Shown: positions 13,001 through 28,000 of the stretch, piece by piece
Layout of the letters: every line of letters begins with the position of its first letter
Position numbering within the stretch: position 1 is the first letter of the stretch
From: Narcine bancroftii
Taxonomy: Eukaryota
Reading direction: 5' to 3'
Length of the DNA: 64,000 bases
Assembly: GCF_036971445.1 (NCBI RefSeq)
Contig: NC_091479.1
Location: 5,642,001-5,706,000, forward strand
The notes under the pieces: generated by a model
The model's database searches: none
Seen by the model: the letters and a program-made list of their open reading frames with translations, nothing else
Told to the model about the DNA's origin: nothing
Translations under genes and position numbers: made by a program

Positions 13001-16000
13001 CTGAAGACTTGCCCTCAAGTGATTGCATTGCACTCACCCTGACATCTGTGGCTGTTCTGAAGGATGTAACAACCAGTCTAGGATTGTGGCAGGTAATGAA
13101 GCACCACAAAGACCTCATGACGTAGTCTTTGCTAATTTATCTGTTGCAGATGATATCTCGTGACGCTTGTACACTTCTGGTGAAGATGCTGTTTTTGTTT
13201 CATATTGGGGATAGCCTCTGTGTTTAGTGCAACAGTTTGGTGAAGGAATTAACTCGACAGATCTGCTCGCCCCATGTTGCAGCTGTGTGACTGCTGGATG
13301 TTTAACAACAACCAAAAGGAGCCACACCACAATAGGATCTGACCAAATCATCATTCTGCTGTGACTGTCATCTCCGTCCTGAAGAGAAATGAAGATGGAC
13401 GAACTGATAGTTGTACGAGATAAACCTGTCAAAATTACATTGCAATGCCTACAAGCCTATAATAGAAAGAATGAAGCAATCCTCCAAGCAACAGATCAAA
13501 GATCTGCCATTCTACTGCTTGTAATTCTGAATTCTGCTGGAAAATAGAACTGCTGATGGGAGTTGGAGGCTTGTAATCATCTGTCGTCTACAAGGTCCGA
13601 TGTGTATGGGTGTTGAAAACCATGGTAAAGCAGTCACAAAACAGTTTCACTGAAGTGCAAACGGATGATCCATCTTGACTTCCTTCTGAGTTCCCTGCAA
13701 TGCTGAATCCACCTTAATTCACTTCATATCACGAAACAGCTGAGAACACAAGATAGAGCAAATAAAATCTTTCAAGTTGGAACACTAAAACCTAAAGCTC
13801 CAGTTGGCCTGCAGCCAGTCTGCTCCAGTACAGTTAAAGCACTGGCATCTCCCTGACAATGTGGAAAATTACCCAGCAATGTCCTGTTCCTAGAAACAGG
13901 ATGCATCCAGTCCATTTAATTGTCAGTTCCTCTTCTATTGTTGCCAAAGTGAGGGAAGGCTGTGAACATTGCTTACCAAAGGGCACTTAAACCTCTACAT
14001 TTCTGATTTTGTTTTTACCAGGACCTCTTTGTTCCAGACCACATCATCACAGCAGTCCAAACATGGACGAAGGAACTCAGTTTATAGATAAGGTGAGGGC
14101 GACTAGTTTGATGAAGAGGCAGTATTTGTCATCGTGCTATTGAGGATTTTTGGTCACACTGAGGCCAGTGGGTATGAGGGGAGAAACACTCAAATGATGG
14201 GAGTTGTGCCTTGTATAAAAGAAAATGGTTGTGACGCTATTGATCACCTTTCTCCACTGTTTCATAACTGCTCCTTCATAGAAATTGAGAAAGTAGCTCA
14301 AGGCCATTCAGCTCTTGGAACCTGCTCCACCATTCAAAAGATCACGGTTAATTATGTAATTTCAGGACCCTATTCCTGCCTTCTTTCTTATGCTCCTTGA
14401 TCCTTTAAAGCCAATAGGGTCACATTCCTTTAACATTTCTTGTGAACTGGTCTCAACAACTTTCTGTGGGAGGGAGTTCAACAAGTTCTCAACTCTAAAT
14501 GAACAAATGTCCTCATCACGGTGGTAAGTGTTTGCCCTGATCCTTAGCTATGATCCCTTGTTCTGGACTTCCCCAACATTGGGAACATTCTTCCTTCATC
14601 TAACCTGTCACAATATAGCACGTCTCCATGCAATACCTTCTCATTGTTGTAAGTTCAAATGAGGGCAACCCGAGACTATCCAGACTTCACGTGGCAGTCT
14701 TTCCATCCCACTTGCTGCACCGCTTCAGTAACAAGAGTGTCCTTTCTCAGAGTTTTTTAAAATTAGACATACAGCACAGTAACAGGTCAATTCGGCCCAC
14801 AAGTCATTGCTGCCGAATTTACACCCCATTAACCTACAGCCCCCGGTATGTTTTGAACAGTGGAAGGAAACCAGGGAAAACCTACACAGACATGGGGAGA
14901 ACGTACAAACTCCTTATAAACAGCATGGGATTCAAACTCCAGTCCCAATTGCTGGCGCCGTAAAGGCGTTGAACTAACTACTGCACCAACCGTGCGCTCC
15001 CCATTAGGAGATCAAAACTACATACAACATAAGGTGTGGCCACATCAAGGTTCGATTCAAATACAATAAGCTCTCAATGCTTCCATATTCACATGCTGTT
15101 GGCTGTATTTACTATTAATGATGCTGCACTGTGGCATCAACACACTGCAATTTTAAAGCACGGTTTCATTGGTGCAGCTTTGAAGAACGACGACATTGAA
15201 AGTTTAAGCACTGCCTTGAGACCAATCATGAATGAGGTGGATGTAGGGCTACTGTAAGGAACTAATTCTAGACTGCATTTTGTTCAGTGGACCAAGGAAG
15301 AATAAACATGGATTGTGAGGCCATATGAAGGAGCAGAGGGTTGGAGGATGTATCCATGGTGATTCAAAAAACATTAAAATGACCTGAAGAACAAACTGAT
15401 GTGTGCTCCACACATTCACTGATCTTCTTTGGAATATTCCATGCATTGTCCTATTAGAATCGAGTAATCCTTGTGTCGTTTGCACTTGACTTTTCTGTAC
15501 TCTATTCTTACTTATCACATTTCTAACTTTTCTCTCTGCCTTAGTCTTTCTGCAATGGATTCCCATCCCCTGTCATATTGGTTGCCTGGTGTAGAGCAAG
15601 CCTTAGCTCGCTAGTTGAAGAGGAATCACCTATCAGCAAGGAGTGTACAGTTGTTGAATGCACAAAAGCGTGACTGAAGGTTAAGATTCCAAGTGGAGGG
15701 AGGTGTGGGTATTGGTTTAGGGTGGGCTGGAAGTGTCAGAGATCTGATGAGAGGGGGTGCAAGCAGTGATAATGAATGTGCCCATAATGGCTTTGTGGTT
15801 GAAGAGTATGCAAGTTCATTGAGAAAGGCTGTTTGATCCACTGAAGTATCCCAATGTGAGCAAGGAGAAATGAAAAAAGGGTGGATTAAGGGACACACCA
15901 GATTCCTGGAATTAAAAGAGGATATTAATTTCTCCTTGTGCTTTGATTTGAACAAACCATCCCTTCCACTGGAGTAGTTCCCTGCCCTCAAGCACACTCT

Positions 16001-19000
16001 CTGGGAGTGGCAGACAGGTGGGCTAACACAGAAACTGGTTATGCTTTCAGTGGACGGAGTGGCCATCTTGTATTGAGGAGCGATTACAGCTGTTTGGGAA
16101 TCTCAAACATGATCGCGACTCCATCGTGAGAATGCAAACTGCCCAGCAGAGGAAAGCTATCACTGTCACACTGCTGGATGGCTTCAAGATAACTGGGGAA
16201 TCCTGGAGGACAACGCCATACCACATTGCTTGTCAAATCAGGTAACTGTCCAGCTTCTTCTTCAGTACCAGAGTCCTCCCCATTCCCTGCACACACAATT
16301 CAGTTATTGTCATATGAAAACAGGCTGTTCGGCCCAACTTGTCAATACCATCCAAACTAGTCCCACACGCCCATGTTTGGACAATATCTGTCTAAATCTC
16401 TTTGAATGTAACAATTGACTACTCTTTCCTCTGCCAGCTCAATCCATAAGCCACCGCCCTCTGAGTAACGAAAGCTGCACCTTTGGTCCCTTTTCAATCT
16501 CCTATCATCTTAAATCCATGCCCTCCAGTTTTATATTCTCCGACCCTGGGAAAACAAGTTGTGACTGTTTACCTTATTTATGTCTCATGATTTTATAAAT
16601 ACAAATCCTCCTGGTTAGCCACCTGTGCTAGAGGGCAGTCGTTCTCAACTTTTTTCTTTCCACTCACATGCCACCTTAAGTAATCCTTTACTAACCATAG
16701 AGTACCTATTCATCCTATGCCATAGTTGCTCTGTGGTTGGTAATGGATTGCTTAATCCATGTGAATGGGGGGAAAAAAAAATTGAGAACCACTGCCCTCA
16801 GGAGAAAAATACCAGCCTATTTCAGCCTCTCCTTGCAATTCAAGTCTACCAATCCCAGTAGTATTCTTGTGAATCTTTCCAGCTTAATGATATCCTTCCT
16901 CTAGCCAGGTGACCAAAACTGTACTCAGTACTCTACAAGTGCAGTCTCATCATCATCTTGTTCAGTTGTAAGATAATGTCCTGCTTGTGTTCTCATTTCC
17001 CTGAATGGTGAAATGCTGCCTCCATCGTGTTGTCTACCTGCATTGCCACTTTCTTGGAACTTTTTACCTCTACTAACGTCTCTTTGTTCAATAATACTCT
17101 CCAAGGCCCTGCCATTTACCAAGCAAGTTGAGCCCTGATTTAACCTATCAAAGTGCAACATCTGACATTTGTCTGATTTTTAAATTCTTTTTCTCTTTCC
17201 CTGCTTATCTTGGATCCCACTGAGCTCTTAAATAATCTTCACTATCCTCTGCACTCCAATTTTGGAGTCAACTGCAAACTTAACAACCACTCTAACTACT
17301 TTGTTTGTCATCTATATTAATAACTTGAATGACAATCGTGCACTCAGTGGCACACCACTGGCTACAGGCCTCAAATCCAAATAACAACTCTCCACTGTCA
17401 TCGTTAATTCTGTACCCAATTTGCCAGCTTACCATTGATGCCATGTGATCTGTCCTTCCAAATGAGCCTACCATGCAGGATCTTGTCAAAGGTGTTTCTT
17501 AAATTCATGTAGACCATATCACCTCTTCAAAAACTCACTCAAGTTCATGAGACACTATTTCCCACATACAAAGCCAGGCTGGCTGTACTAAAAGGACTTT
17601 GCCTTTCCAAATGCAAATAGATCCTGTCTCTCAGAACCCCATCCAGAAACTTGCCCACGAGTGACATTGAGCTCAGCGACCCGTAGTTCTCTGGCTTGTA
17701 TTTGCGACCTTTTTAAAAACAAAGGCACAACATTCACAACCCTCTAGTCTATTGACACTTCTCCCATGATTCAAGCATGCCAAATACTTCACCATTCTGC
17801 CTACATCCATCACCTACTAACAACTAGTAACCTTTTGTTGCTCTTGCACTACTGCTTTCTCCTCCATGAGCTGCTTACTTCAGGAGATCTGTGATGCAAG
17901 AGTAACTAACTGTAGCCAAGTTTGCGGATGACACCAAATTGAATGGAAGAGCAAATTGTAATGAGGATGTGGAGAGTCTGCAGAGGGATAGAGTTAAGCT
18001 GGATGAGTGGGCAAAGGTCTGGCAGATGGAGTACTATGTTAGTAAGTGTGAGGTGATCCACTTTGGCAAGAAAAATAAAAGAGCTGAATATTACTTAAAG
18101 GGTGAAAACCTACAGCATGCTGTTGTGCAGAGGGACTTGGGAGGGCTTGTGCATGAATCGCAAAAAGTTGGGTTGCAGGTGCAGCAGGTTATTAAGAAGG
18201 CAAATGGAATGTTGGCCTTCATCGCTAGAGGAATTGAATTCAGGAGTAGGGAGGTAATGTTGCAACTGTACAAGGTACTGGTGAGACCGCACCTGGAGTA
18301 CTGTGTCCAGTTCTGGTCTCCATATTTGAGGAAGGTTTTGGAGACGGTCCAGAGGAGGTTTACTAGGTTGATCCCTGGGATGAAGGGGTTGACTTATGAT
18401 GAAAGATTAAATCGTCTAGGATTGTATTCACTCGAATTCAGAAGAATGAGAGGAGATCTGAAAGAAACATATCGGATTATGAAGGGTATGGATAGGATAG
18501 ATGTAGGAAGGTTTTTTGAGCTGGCCGGGGAAACTAAAACGAGAGGACACAGTCTTAAGATTCGGGGGAGTAGATTTAGGACAGAGATGAGGAAAAATAG
18601 TTTTTCCCAGAGAGTAGTGAATGTTTGGAATTCTCTAACCAGGAAAGTGGTTGAGGCTGCCTCATTAAACATATTTAAAATTCAGTTTGATAAATTTTTA
18701 CATGATCGAGGAATTAGGGGATATGGGGAGAAGGCAGGTAGGTGGAGTTAGGTCATAAATTAGATCAGCCATGATCGTATTGAATGGCGGAGCAGGCTCG
18801 ATGGGCCATTTTTGGCCTAGTCCTGTTCCTACTTCCTATGTTTTTAATAAGTGATCAAAGCTTTTAATATCACGTGGTCACAATAATGTCTTTTCCTGTT
18901 GCATTTATTTAGATGTACAGTATGATAACAGGCATTTTGGCCCACAAGCCTGTGCAATCTAATTGACCTATAACTCCAGAACGTATTGAACGTGGGGAGA

Positions 19001-22000
19001 AAGTACCAACTCCTTACAGACAGCGCCAGATTCTAATCCGGATCAGAGGTGCTGTAACACCATTGCACTAACCATGCCACCCCACTTTTCATCACCTTTA
19101 CAAAAATGCCATTGATTCTGTAGATTGCGCCTACGAATCATACTCTGCCAAATAATATTGTGATTTCTTTAAAGGTTTTATTTGCACATTCTCTGTGTAT
19201 GTGGTGAAACTGTCATCTTATAGATAACTGATATGATTCAGAAATACTCCCAACTGTGTTAACTCAGTATCACTCCACACTCCAGGATCATCCACTCCAG
19301 TTTAAGCCTGGTATTGCCTTCATTCTGCCTGGTCCCCTTTTGTGTTTGCGACTTGAAAGCTGCTGTATTTGATATGATTTTGTGTTGATCAGAAACAAGC
19401 CCTCTGCACTTGACATATGAGTTGTTCTGTTGGTTGACTTTGATTGTAGCTGGGAATTAGAGGAGAATTCGCTTGTAGCCAAGGTTAATGGCAAGCTGTG
19501 GGATCTGGATCGGCCCCTCGAAGATGACACCAGACTTGAACTCTTGACATTTGAAGATCCCGAGGGCCGTGCTGTAAGTTACCTGCCAGTGTCGGGCAGT
19601 TTCATTTCATCTCTTGATATGAGGTGTCAGGGATAGATTGTTTGAATCTCTCAATTTGAAATGAATGTACAGTTTAGGATGTGGTATCCCAAGTCCCGCA
19701 TCGGACTTGTCAGCCACAAACGAGCCTGCAGCTGACGTGGACTTTTTACCCCCTCCATAAATCTTCGTCCGCGAAGCCAAGCCAAAGAAGAAAGAAGATC
19801 CCATGGTGATAAGGACCACATGATTAAGTGGATCATTCTGTCAAAAGCAGGTTTTTAAGTCTTCAAGGCCAAAGTCTAATTACTGGTTTGGCATATAATA
19901 ATTTGGGAACTAATTCTGCTGACTAGAGAAATTGTGAAGGATTCAGTGTTTCTAATTCTAAAGTTGAGGACTATCTAGCCATATAGTTGAATGTAACTGT
20001 TGAAGGTGTCTAACTAATTCACACTGATTTCTGTTTGTAACACAGGTATACTGGCACTCTAGTGCCCACATCTTGGGAGAAGCCATGGAGCGATATTATG
20101 GTGGCTCTCTGTGTCATGGTCCATCTTTACAGAATGGATTCTGTTATGACTTGTTCCCAGGAGACAGGTATTATGTCCAATAGTCTTCTTCTGAACATCA
20201 GACTCCCATTCGGGTTTTCAAGTAAATCCAGGACTACATGAAAGACTTTCATGTCTTTACATAGAACTCCTCTGTGCCCTCCCCCTTCCATCTCCCTCCA
20301 AGTTAAATAACAATCTGCTAAATATTGCTGACTTGCTGGCTGTTACAGCCCCTCCTTTTGCTTGTACCCTATATTCAAGGAGAGGGTCTCTCTTGTGGGA
20401 TGTTGTACCTTTTGGGTCTTTCTTTTCTTTGATCACGTCCTTGCTAGCATGGATTGTATAGACTTACTCGGATCACCGCAATAAAAATTCTCATTGCCCC
20501 TCACCTGTGTGGGTGCACTCTTCAGTGGAAAGGAAATAGATACAGTAAAACCCCCTGTATCTGGAACCTACGGGGATTGTGGATGCCAAGTATGCACATT
20601 TTCCGGTTGCTTGAGACTCACTCTGACAATACCTAACTAAATACACCAGCATTAAGAATAATTTTTAAAAATCAGTATTATAGTCCTTAATTATGTAAAG
20701 TTTGCTTTAATCAGACAATTCCCGTAACTTTTTAAATTTAAATTCGACCCTGGTCACTGGCGCTGTGAGACAGCATTGACACAGCATTGCACTAACTACT
20801 ACACTAACCGTTCCACCATCAGAATTAACAGTTTACAGATAAAACCTTACCCATATACTTGATGCTAATAAAGACTCTGACAAGGGAGAGATAGGGAGTC
20901 ATTTTAGGAAAGTTGCCCCAGCGGTGAGCGGCGTCGGCCAGTTCTTTGTCCTGGGCGCTGCCATTTCATTCAAACACAACTTTATTCAAACAGCTGCTGT
21001 GGACAGGGCACAACTGGGGCGCTCCGCTGGTTAAAAATTTGCTCTCATCCTCACCAAGGGGTTGTGTGTTGCTTCAGAGAGCATTTACTTTCACAATTTT
21101 AAACTTTTATTTTAATTTTTATTTGTTCTTATTCATTCCAACCATCTATTTGTTTCCTCATCAATTTTGCCAATTGCTTGAATTCCAGATAACAGGGATT
21201 TTACTGTATGTGCAAAAGAGTTTTGACACTTATTTTACTCCACATTCTCCAGCCATCTCTGTCATCATTAATGCCCCCTCAGGGGTTCTACTTCCTCACC
21301 TGGTCTTTTCCTTTCTTAGAGATGTATCTAGCAATGACTTTCCACACTTGGAGAATATATGTAAATCGATCATAATGGATTGTCAGGCATTTGAGAGGCT
21401 CGAAGTGAGCAAGGAAAATTTGCTTGAGATGTTCAAGGTAATAATCATGATTAATTTACCATCCTTGAGTGTTTTTTGAATGCTGTATGAGGGGCTGAAT
21501 GATCGATGGCTGGTCTCTTCGGTCTTCATTCTTACTGAGCCATGGGGAAAAGAATATATGGCGCAAAGCTTCATTCCAACCTGATGTGCTCGCTATATCC
21601 ATGTGGCCAAGCTGTACCCTGGAACTATGGTCATTCCTGAGGGAAGTGGCTGGGGTTGCAGAGGAGAGAGGCAGCCTTGATTGACTCCTAACATCTGAAG
21701 GTTTTATAGACTGAAGGTGGATGTGGAATGGTTTCAGGACTGAACTGGGAAACTTCAAGCCAGTTTCCCTGAGAAAGCCCAAGTACAAAATGCCAGGAAA
21801 CCCTTTACCAGTTGGAAGAGTGGTAGCTGTTTGCAGCATGTAGTTTTCTGAGTGAGATTCATGGCTTCTTTCTTGGGTTTAAATTTTTACGTTGATGTTA
21901 CCTGCAATAAGTTGTTAATGAAACTTTCTCTTCTTTCCCAGTACAACCAGTTTAAGGTGAATATATTAAATGAAATGATTGACAAGCCAACCACTGTTTA

Positions 22001-25000
22001 CAGGTCAGTAGGAGATTGATTTATCTTGTCTACTATTAACATGTAGTGGTGGCATAGATGGGGAGGCAGGAAGATGTAGTGGTGGGTCATATTTATGCAA
22101 CCAGATGCCCAGATATTGATCTGCTCACTCAGTGATATCTGAATCTAGTGAGCCTGTTACAACAAGAAAATCACAGGAGCTGCTGGAATCTTGAGCAAAC
22201 GACGAGAAGCTGGAGAGGCTCAATGGGTCAGGCAGCGTCCGTGGAGAAAAACGGCAGTCATCATTTCTGGTCAGGACCTTTTTCAAGGGTAGCACCATGT
22301 GGCATGCTGAGGTTTTGTGACTCAGCTCTGGTGTAAATTTGCACAATATGTGCCAGGTAAGCTGGCCACAATGGAACCAGGTGAATTCTGCAGGAACCAG
22401 TGGTCTAGGACTGATAGATCCCTTCAATCCAGGCAAGGTCCCAGAGATATTGAAGCTCTTCTGTGCCCAGGTTAAGATCACAGTCCTGACACTGGTTCTG
22501 GACCTAATCTCCAGTAATTCTGGTGTTTTGTTGCAGGTGTGGCTCATTGATTGACGTGTGCCAGGGACCCCATGTCAGACACACTGGGAGAATTAAAACA
22601 TTCCGAATTTACAAGGTAAGGGAGCAGATTCTCTCCAGTGTTGGATCAAGGAGACTATTTCACTGAAATGATAGAATAATATTTTTTAAATTGGTGATTT
22701 TTTATTACATTATGCAAATTTAAAGAACTCCTCGATTTGTTGGAAAGGCAAGTCCACTGTGGAGACATTACAAAGAATCTATGGAATCTCATTTCCTGAT
22801 AGCAATCTGCTGAAAGAATGGGAGAGAGTTCAAGAAGAAGCCAACAGCTGGGATCATATAAAAATTGGACAGGTATGGGAAAAATTCTGTGATCATTTGA
22901 CTTTGTGTGGGGGCTTGTGTCGGGCCGTTGGGAGAGCGGGGCAGCGGTGTCAGTGTGGGGAAGTCCCATGCGGGAGGTCCCTGCGCTGATAGCCTGTGCC
23001 GGCTGTCCCAGCTGACAGCCAGCCATCCCAAACCTGACAGCCCGAAGGGACAGGAGCCGGAGTGCGCTCAGAGGCACATCCGGTGCAGCTATCCCTTCAG
23101 GAAGCCAGTGCTGTGCTTTTAGTGCTGCCGCCTGAATGGCAATTCAAAGGCCACTTCTGCAGGCGCATTCTTGGCGGAGAGTGCACCTGAAGAAGCCTAG
23201 TGAAGAAAATGATACCTGGGTAGAGAATGCTGAGGCAATGGAAAAGCTACAAAGTGGATGGTTGTCGTGTCCATTTCAAATTAACAGGGTCCAGATACGA
23301 CATTGGACATTATGTTGGATGACCATCTAGATCCATGTTTGTCTCTTGATTAAATAAAATTTGATTAAAACAACAGCAAGTCAGGCAGTGCCTGTTGAGT
23401 GAGAAGCAGTTAATGGGCTAAGCAGGAAAAGTTCGAGATGAAATATGTTCTTTTAAAAAAAGATAAGTGGTGGAGAGAACAAAAGAGGGTCTAAAAGGGT
23501 GAATCCAATAAAAAATTATATGCAGGATCAAAGAAGGACAAGTGAATAATTCTGCCATTAACCACAAACTCCACTTTCAAGTTCGACCTTCCAAAGTGTT
23601 TCACTTCATACTTATCTGGATTGGACTCCATCGGCTACTTCTCTGTCATAGGTTACAACAGGATATAGACAGGATGCAGAGTTGGGCAATGTTCTGCGCT
23701 ATCCACACCTCCAACCTACATATCATCTGCAAATTTACCCACCAATCCATTTCTTCTTCCAAGTCATTTCTAAAAATCATAAAGAACAGGGGTCCCAGAG
23801 CAGAATGTCACTAGTCACTTATCTCCAGGAAAAACACATTCATCTACTCCCACCCTCTGCCTTCTGCAGGCAAGCCAATTCTGAATTCAAACAACCAAGT
23901 TTCCATGGATCCTATCCCTTATAACTTGTTGCCCTCTTCTGTTTATCTTCTTCAGCAACAATCAGAAATAGATGATGTCCATCTCTATCTCTTTGTTTGA
24001 CAACTAAAATAGGATGAGCAGGAAATTCCAGCAACCAGGTTTCTCTCAATGTTTGACCCCTGCTGTAAGCTTCTGACTGTAGATTCAGACCATTGCCGAG
24101 GCTCTGTGTTTCAGAATCTAGTATGCCACTTGTACCTGCGCTAATTTAGCTTCTCTGCAGAAATCTCATCCATGGCTCTGAACTTGACTCTTCCAATGCA
24201 TTCTGGCTATTTTTCTCAGTATTCTACACAAGCTTGTGATCATCTAAACTGCATCAACTGCTCTTCCTCACACCCAAGTCCTGTCTGCACACCTCCTCTC
24301 TGCCTAGTTACCTCCATCAGCTGGTTGAGTAAAGTTTCAATGTTAAAACCACTGGACCATAGACAGGAGTGACTGGGGAAGAAAGTGCCCATGTAAGATT
24401 GTTTGAGTTTCCATGTATTTTTCTCTATTCTGCAGGTGTTGATTAGACTGTAATTGCGTGATGTAACAGGCACTTTCTCATCAACTTAATTTCCATTTGT
24501 TTCCCAGGAACAGGAGTTGTTTTTCTTCCATGAGCTCAGTCCTGGGAGCTGTTTCTTTCTCCCCAGAGGGGCTTTTATTTATAACACGCTGATGGCATTT
24601 ATCCAGGTAGGGGTTTCATTCCTCAATTTATTTACTGAAATCACTCCAGCAGTGGTCTTGTAAAAAATGTGCAGGCAGTTGGAAGGGCACTTCATAATCT
24701 TTCAGATCCCTCCTTGGTCCGATCCAAAACAAGGACGTCAACCATTACACCATTGTCGTTGACGGAAGAAAGGAGAAAAGTCGGATTCTCAGCATTCCCA
24801 AGAAGTTTGTGTGAGATCAAGCTGGACCGACCAGTGCTGTGGACTTGAAATGCCAGGCCTCAAGTGAAGAGCAGTGATGTGCTTGTTTTTACAGTGCAAG
24901 GTTGACGAGCTGCTCTTCTGAGGGTTTCAGGGAAATAATGACCGACCTCTTGGGTGTTGGAGTTGTGATGGAAGCTAGTAGTTACATGGAAACCATTTTC

Positions 25001-28000
25001 ACTGCCTCCAAAGGATGTGGATTTGAGTTCCACTTGAGGGAGCTGAGCATAAAATCTTGGTTTATGTTTCACTGATCAAATAGGGGGTGGTATGAAGAAT
25101 TGCTGTTCGGCTGACGGACTGAGATGCAATGAGACAAGGATTCCTTGGACTGTTTTTAAGAAGACTTGGGGAGTTGTGCCTGATCCTTTGCCAGTGTCAT
25201 CGAAGCAGGCAGACTACCAGGTCGTTCTGCTGTTTGGGAGCTCGCTTCAAGTGAACTGCAGGCGTTGGTTTCTGTTTTGCAGCAGATGTTGCTGTTCAGA
25301 AATAAAACCAGTAAGGATAGGTATACCCTGCTTTACGAATACTCAAATTATGAAAATTCACTTTGCAAAGAAAACAGCGTTCACTTTTACGAAAGGATTT
25401 GAATGGTTTTTGCTTTGTGAAAATAGTCTCCAATAGTCATGAATATGGGTCTTTGCTTTACGCTATTTCAGCTTACAAAAGGTCTCTTAGAAATACTCTA
25501 GTTCGTAAAGCAGGGTATACCTGTACTCAAAACACTCAGCAGGTCAGGCAGTTTGTGTGGAAAGATGAACACAGTTAATGTTTTGTGTTGAAGACCCTTC
25601 ATGTAACAAAGAATCTTCAACTTGAAACATGAACTCATTCTTTTTCCACAGATGCTGTCTGTCCTGTTCAATTCCAGCATTTTCTGTACATGATTCAGAG
25701 GGTGTTCTATCATTTGTAAAGGACTGAATACAGTCTTACATTTTGACTGTATTTGTACCTGTTACAGATGGAGTATCGAAAACATGGATTCACTGAAGTC
25801 GTCTCTCCAAATATCTACAGCAGTCGTCTGTGGGAGGTGTCTGCCCATTGGCAATACTACAGCGATAAGATGTTCACCTTTGATGTGGAGAAGGAGACAT
25901 TTTCACTGAAACCCATGAACTGTCCTAGTCACTGGTACACATGAAATCCAATGATTGTTGGAAAATTTATATTCACATGATTTATCAGAAGTCAGCATGT
26001 ACTCAGCATCTGATTTGTATTGTGGGTGAGCTAGTTTTGGGACCCATCTGGATCTTGTAAACACAGAGTATGGACCTACTTTCAGCTTATGGCAGGAATC
26101 CAAGGGCCTTTTCCCTCAGAATCCACAGATCTTATGCAATAGTACGGCTGAAGTCCCTTGAGTGTTGGTGTTGGCTGAAGCTATTACAAGGAGTTGCACC
26201 TTGGGAAGTCAAAAGCAAGGGGAAAGTGCATAGTTAATTGCAGTTAAAAGCATTATTGTGTAGTGGGATCTGGGAATTAAGATTCATAGCTCCTTGAAGT
26301 GGAAATGCAGTAAATGGCTGGTAAACAAGGTATATGGTATGCATGTGCCTTCGTTGGGCAGGACATTGAGTAGAAGAATAGGAGGTCATGATGTGGCTAC
26401 ATAAAACTTGGTTAGACTGCTCTTGGAACACTATAATTCTGGTCACCCTATTACAGGAAGGCTGTGGAGATACAAGGAGATTTACCAGGTTATTTCAGGT
26501 TAGAGAGTTTAAACTATGGTGGGGGAGAAGACGGATGAAGGAATTTGAGTTGTTTTCTCTGGCGTGTTGGAGGCTGAGGGGTGACCAGGTAGAAGTTTAT
26601 AAAATCATAACACATTCAGAGTCTTTTTCTCAAGGTAAAAACTTGACATATTCAAGAACATGCTTTTAAGGGAGGGGGTGGAGTTTAAAGGATGTGTGGG
26701 ACACTAAGAGTGGTAGATACCTGGAATGTGCTGGCAGGGTAGTGATGGAAGCAGATTTTTAAGATGCTTCTAGTAGTCATGTGAATGTGAAGGGATGTAG
26801 GAATCTCTACTGGGTGCAAGCAGCAGAGTTTTAGTTGGTTTTGAACATGTTCGGTGCAGAAACAAGGCCCGAAGAACTGGAAATAGGTCAGACTACATCT
26901 GTGGGAAGAGAAATTTTTCATTGAAATGGATTACTGAAGGCATGGGAAGATGGCGATGGGGGGGGGGGGGGGTGTTGGGTGTGGGGGCTTGCCCAGCAAC
27001 TTCAGAATAGGAGAAGATGTGGGAAAATCTAGATACAACATTGGCTGTGGGAAACTCGGAGAGAATTCATGGAGGAGAGAAAGAAAGCAGCAAATTAATG
27101 TTGGAAAAGTAATAAGCAAACTAAATAAGTAGAGCAAACACAGGCAAAAAGAACATAGCATTGAAATGTGCAGCTACCGTATGCTAAAATGGCAAAATGA
27201 TATTTTTTCTAAAATCTTGAAGCATTTTCAACAATAGCAAGAACAGAAGCAACGGGTATAAAATGTTACAGCAGGGTGACCACAGGTGGGATTTAGCCTC
27301 AAGCCCTGAAGAAAGTCTGCAAGCTTGACAAGGTCATCTGTAATTCTCCAGAACTCTGGAGAATGCAAGCCGAGTCTGTTTTATCTCTCCTCCTTTTACA
27401 AGCCTGTAGTGACAGGAATGAGTCTGGTGAATGGTTGTTGCTTTCGATCTGTGGTAAGCATATCTGTTTCTAAAGACCATTTACAGGTGCAGTCTCAACA
27501 GAGTTAGACATTTTCTGCTTGCAGTCAAATCATCTCATAACAAAGGTCAACTTGCCGTCCTAATTGTCTGCATTTGCATAGTAGCTTTCAGTGACTGAAG
27601 CTGAGGTCACAGTTCTGCTTTTCTATGATGGAAAGCATGGAGTTACTGAGGGAGGGAGCCTTTGGCTCAAAAAGGAAACTCCGCTACACGTCACACCACA
27701 TTTCAGCAATATAAGTAGTTGCTCATTGTTGTTGAAGGATAATCAGCTACGGGCCTTAATTCTGTGAAATAAAGGGTGTGGAGGAGGTAGCAAGGGCAGG
27801 TATGGAATGTATTTTTTTCATAGCTTTGTTTTATTTTTTTCTGGGTGGGTAAGACATGCTGTAAAAGCTGTTGTGAACCGACCTTAGACTGAGTTGTTTA
27901 TGAAGTCTTTTCAGAGACCCATGTAGAGTCGCTGTTCTCGATCTGAAGTCACAGATCGGCCATGTTAGGTAAGGACACCTGATTCCCTTTCTTGAACACA

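Noticed and set aside
12100-16050. An extra small TARS3 exon 2, as in the human gene
   Set aside because: I could not identify a convincing phase-0, stop-free exon. Exon 1 joins 16051 in frame without one, so RNA-seq is needed to settle it.
17939-18751. 270-aa ORF here (and the 295-aa ORF at 56341-57228) as host genes
   Set aside because: They are 5'-truncated CR1 and RTE ORF2 fragments.
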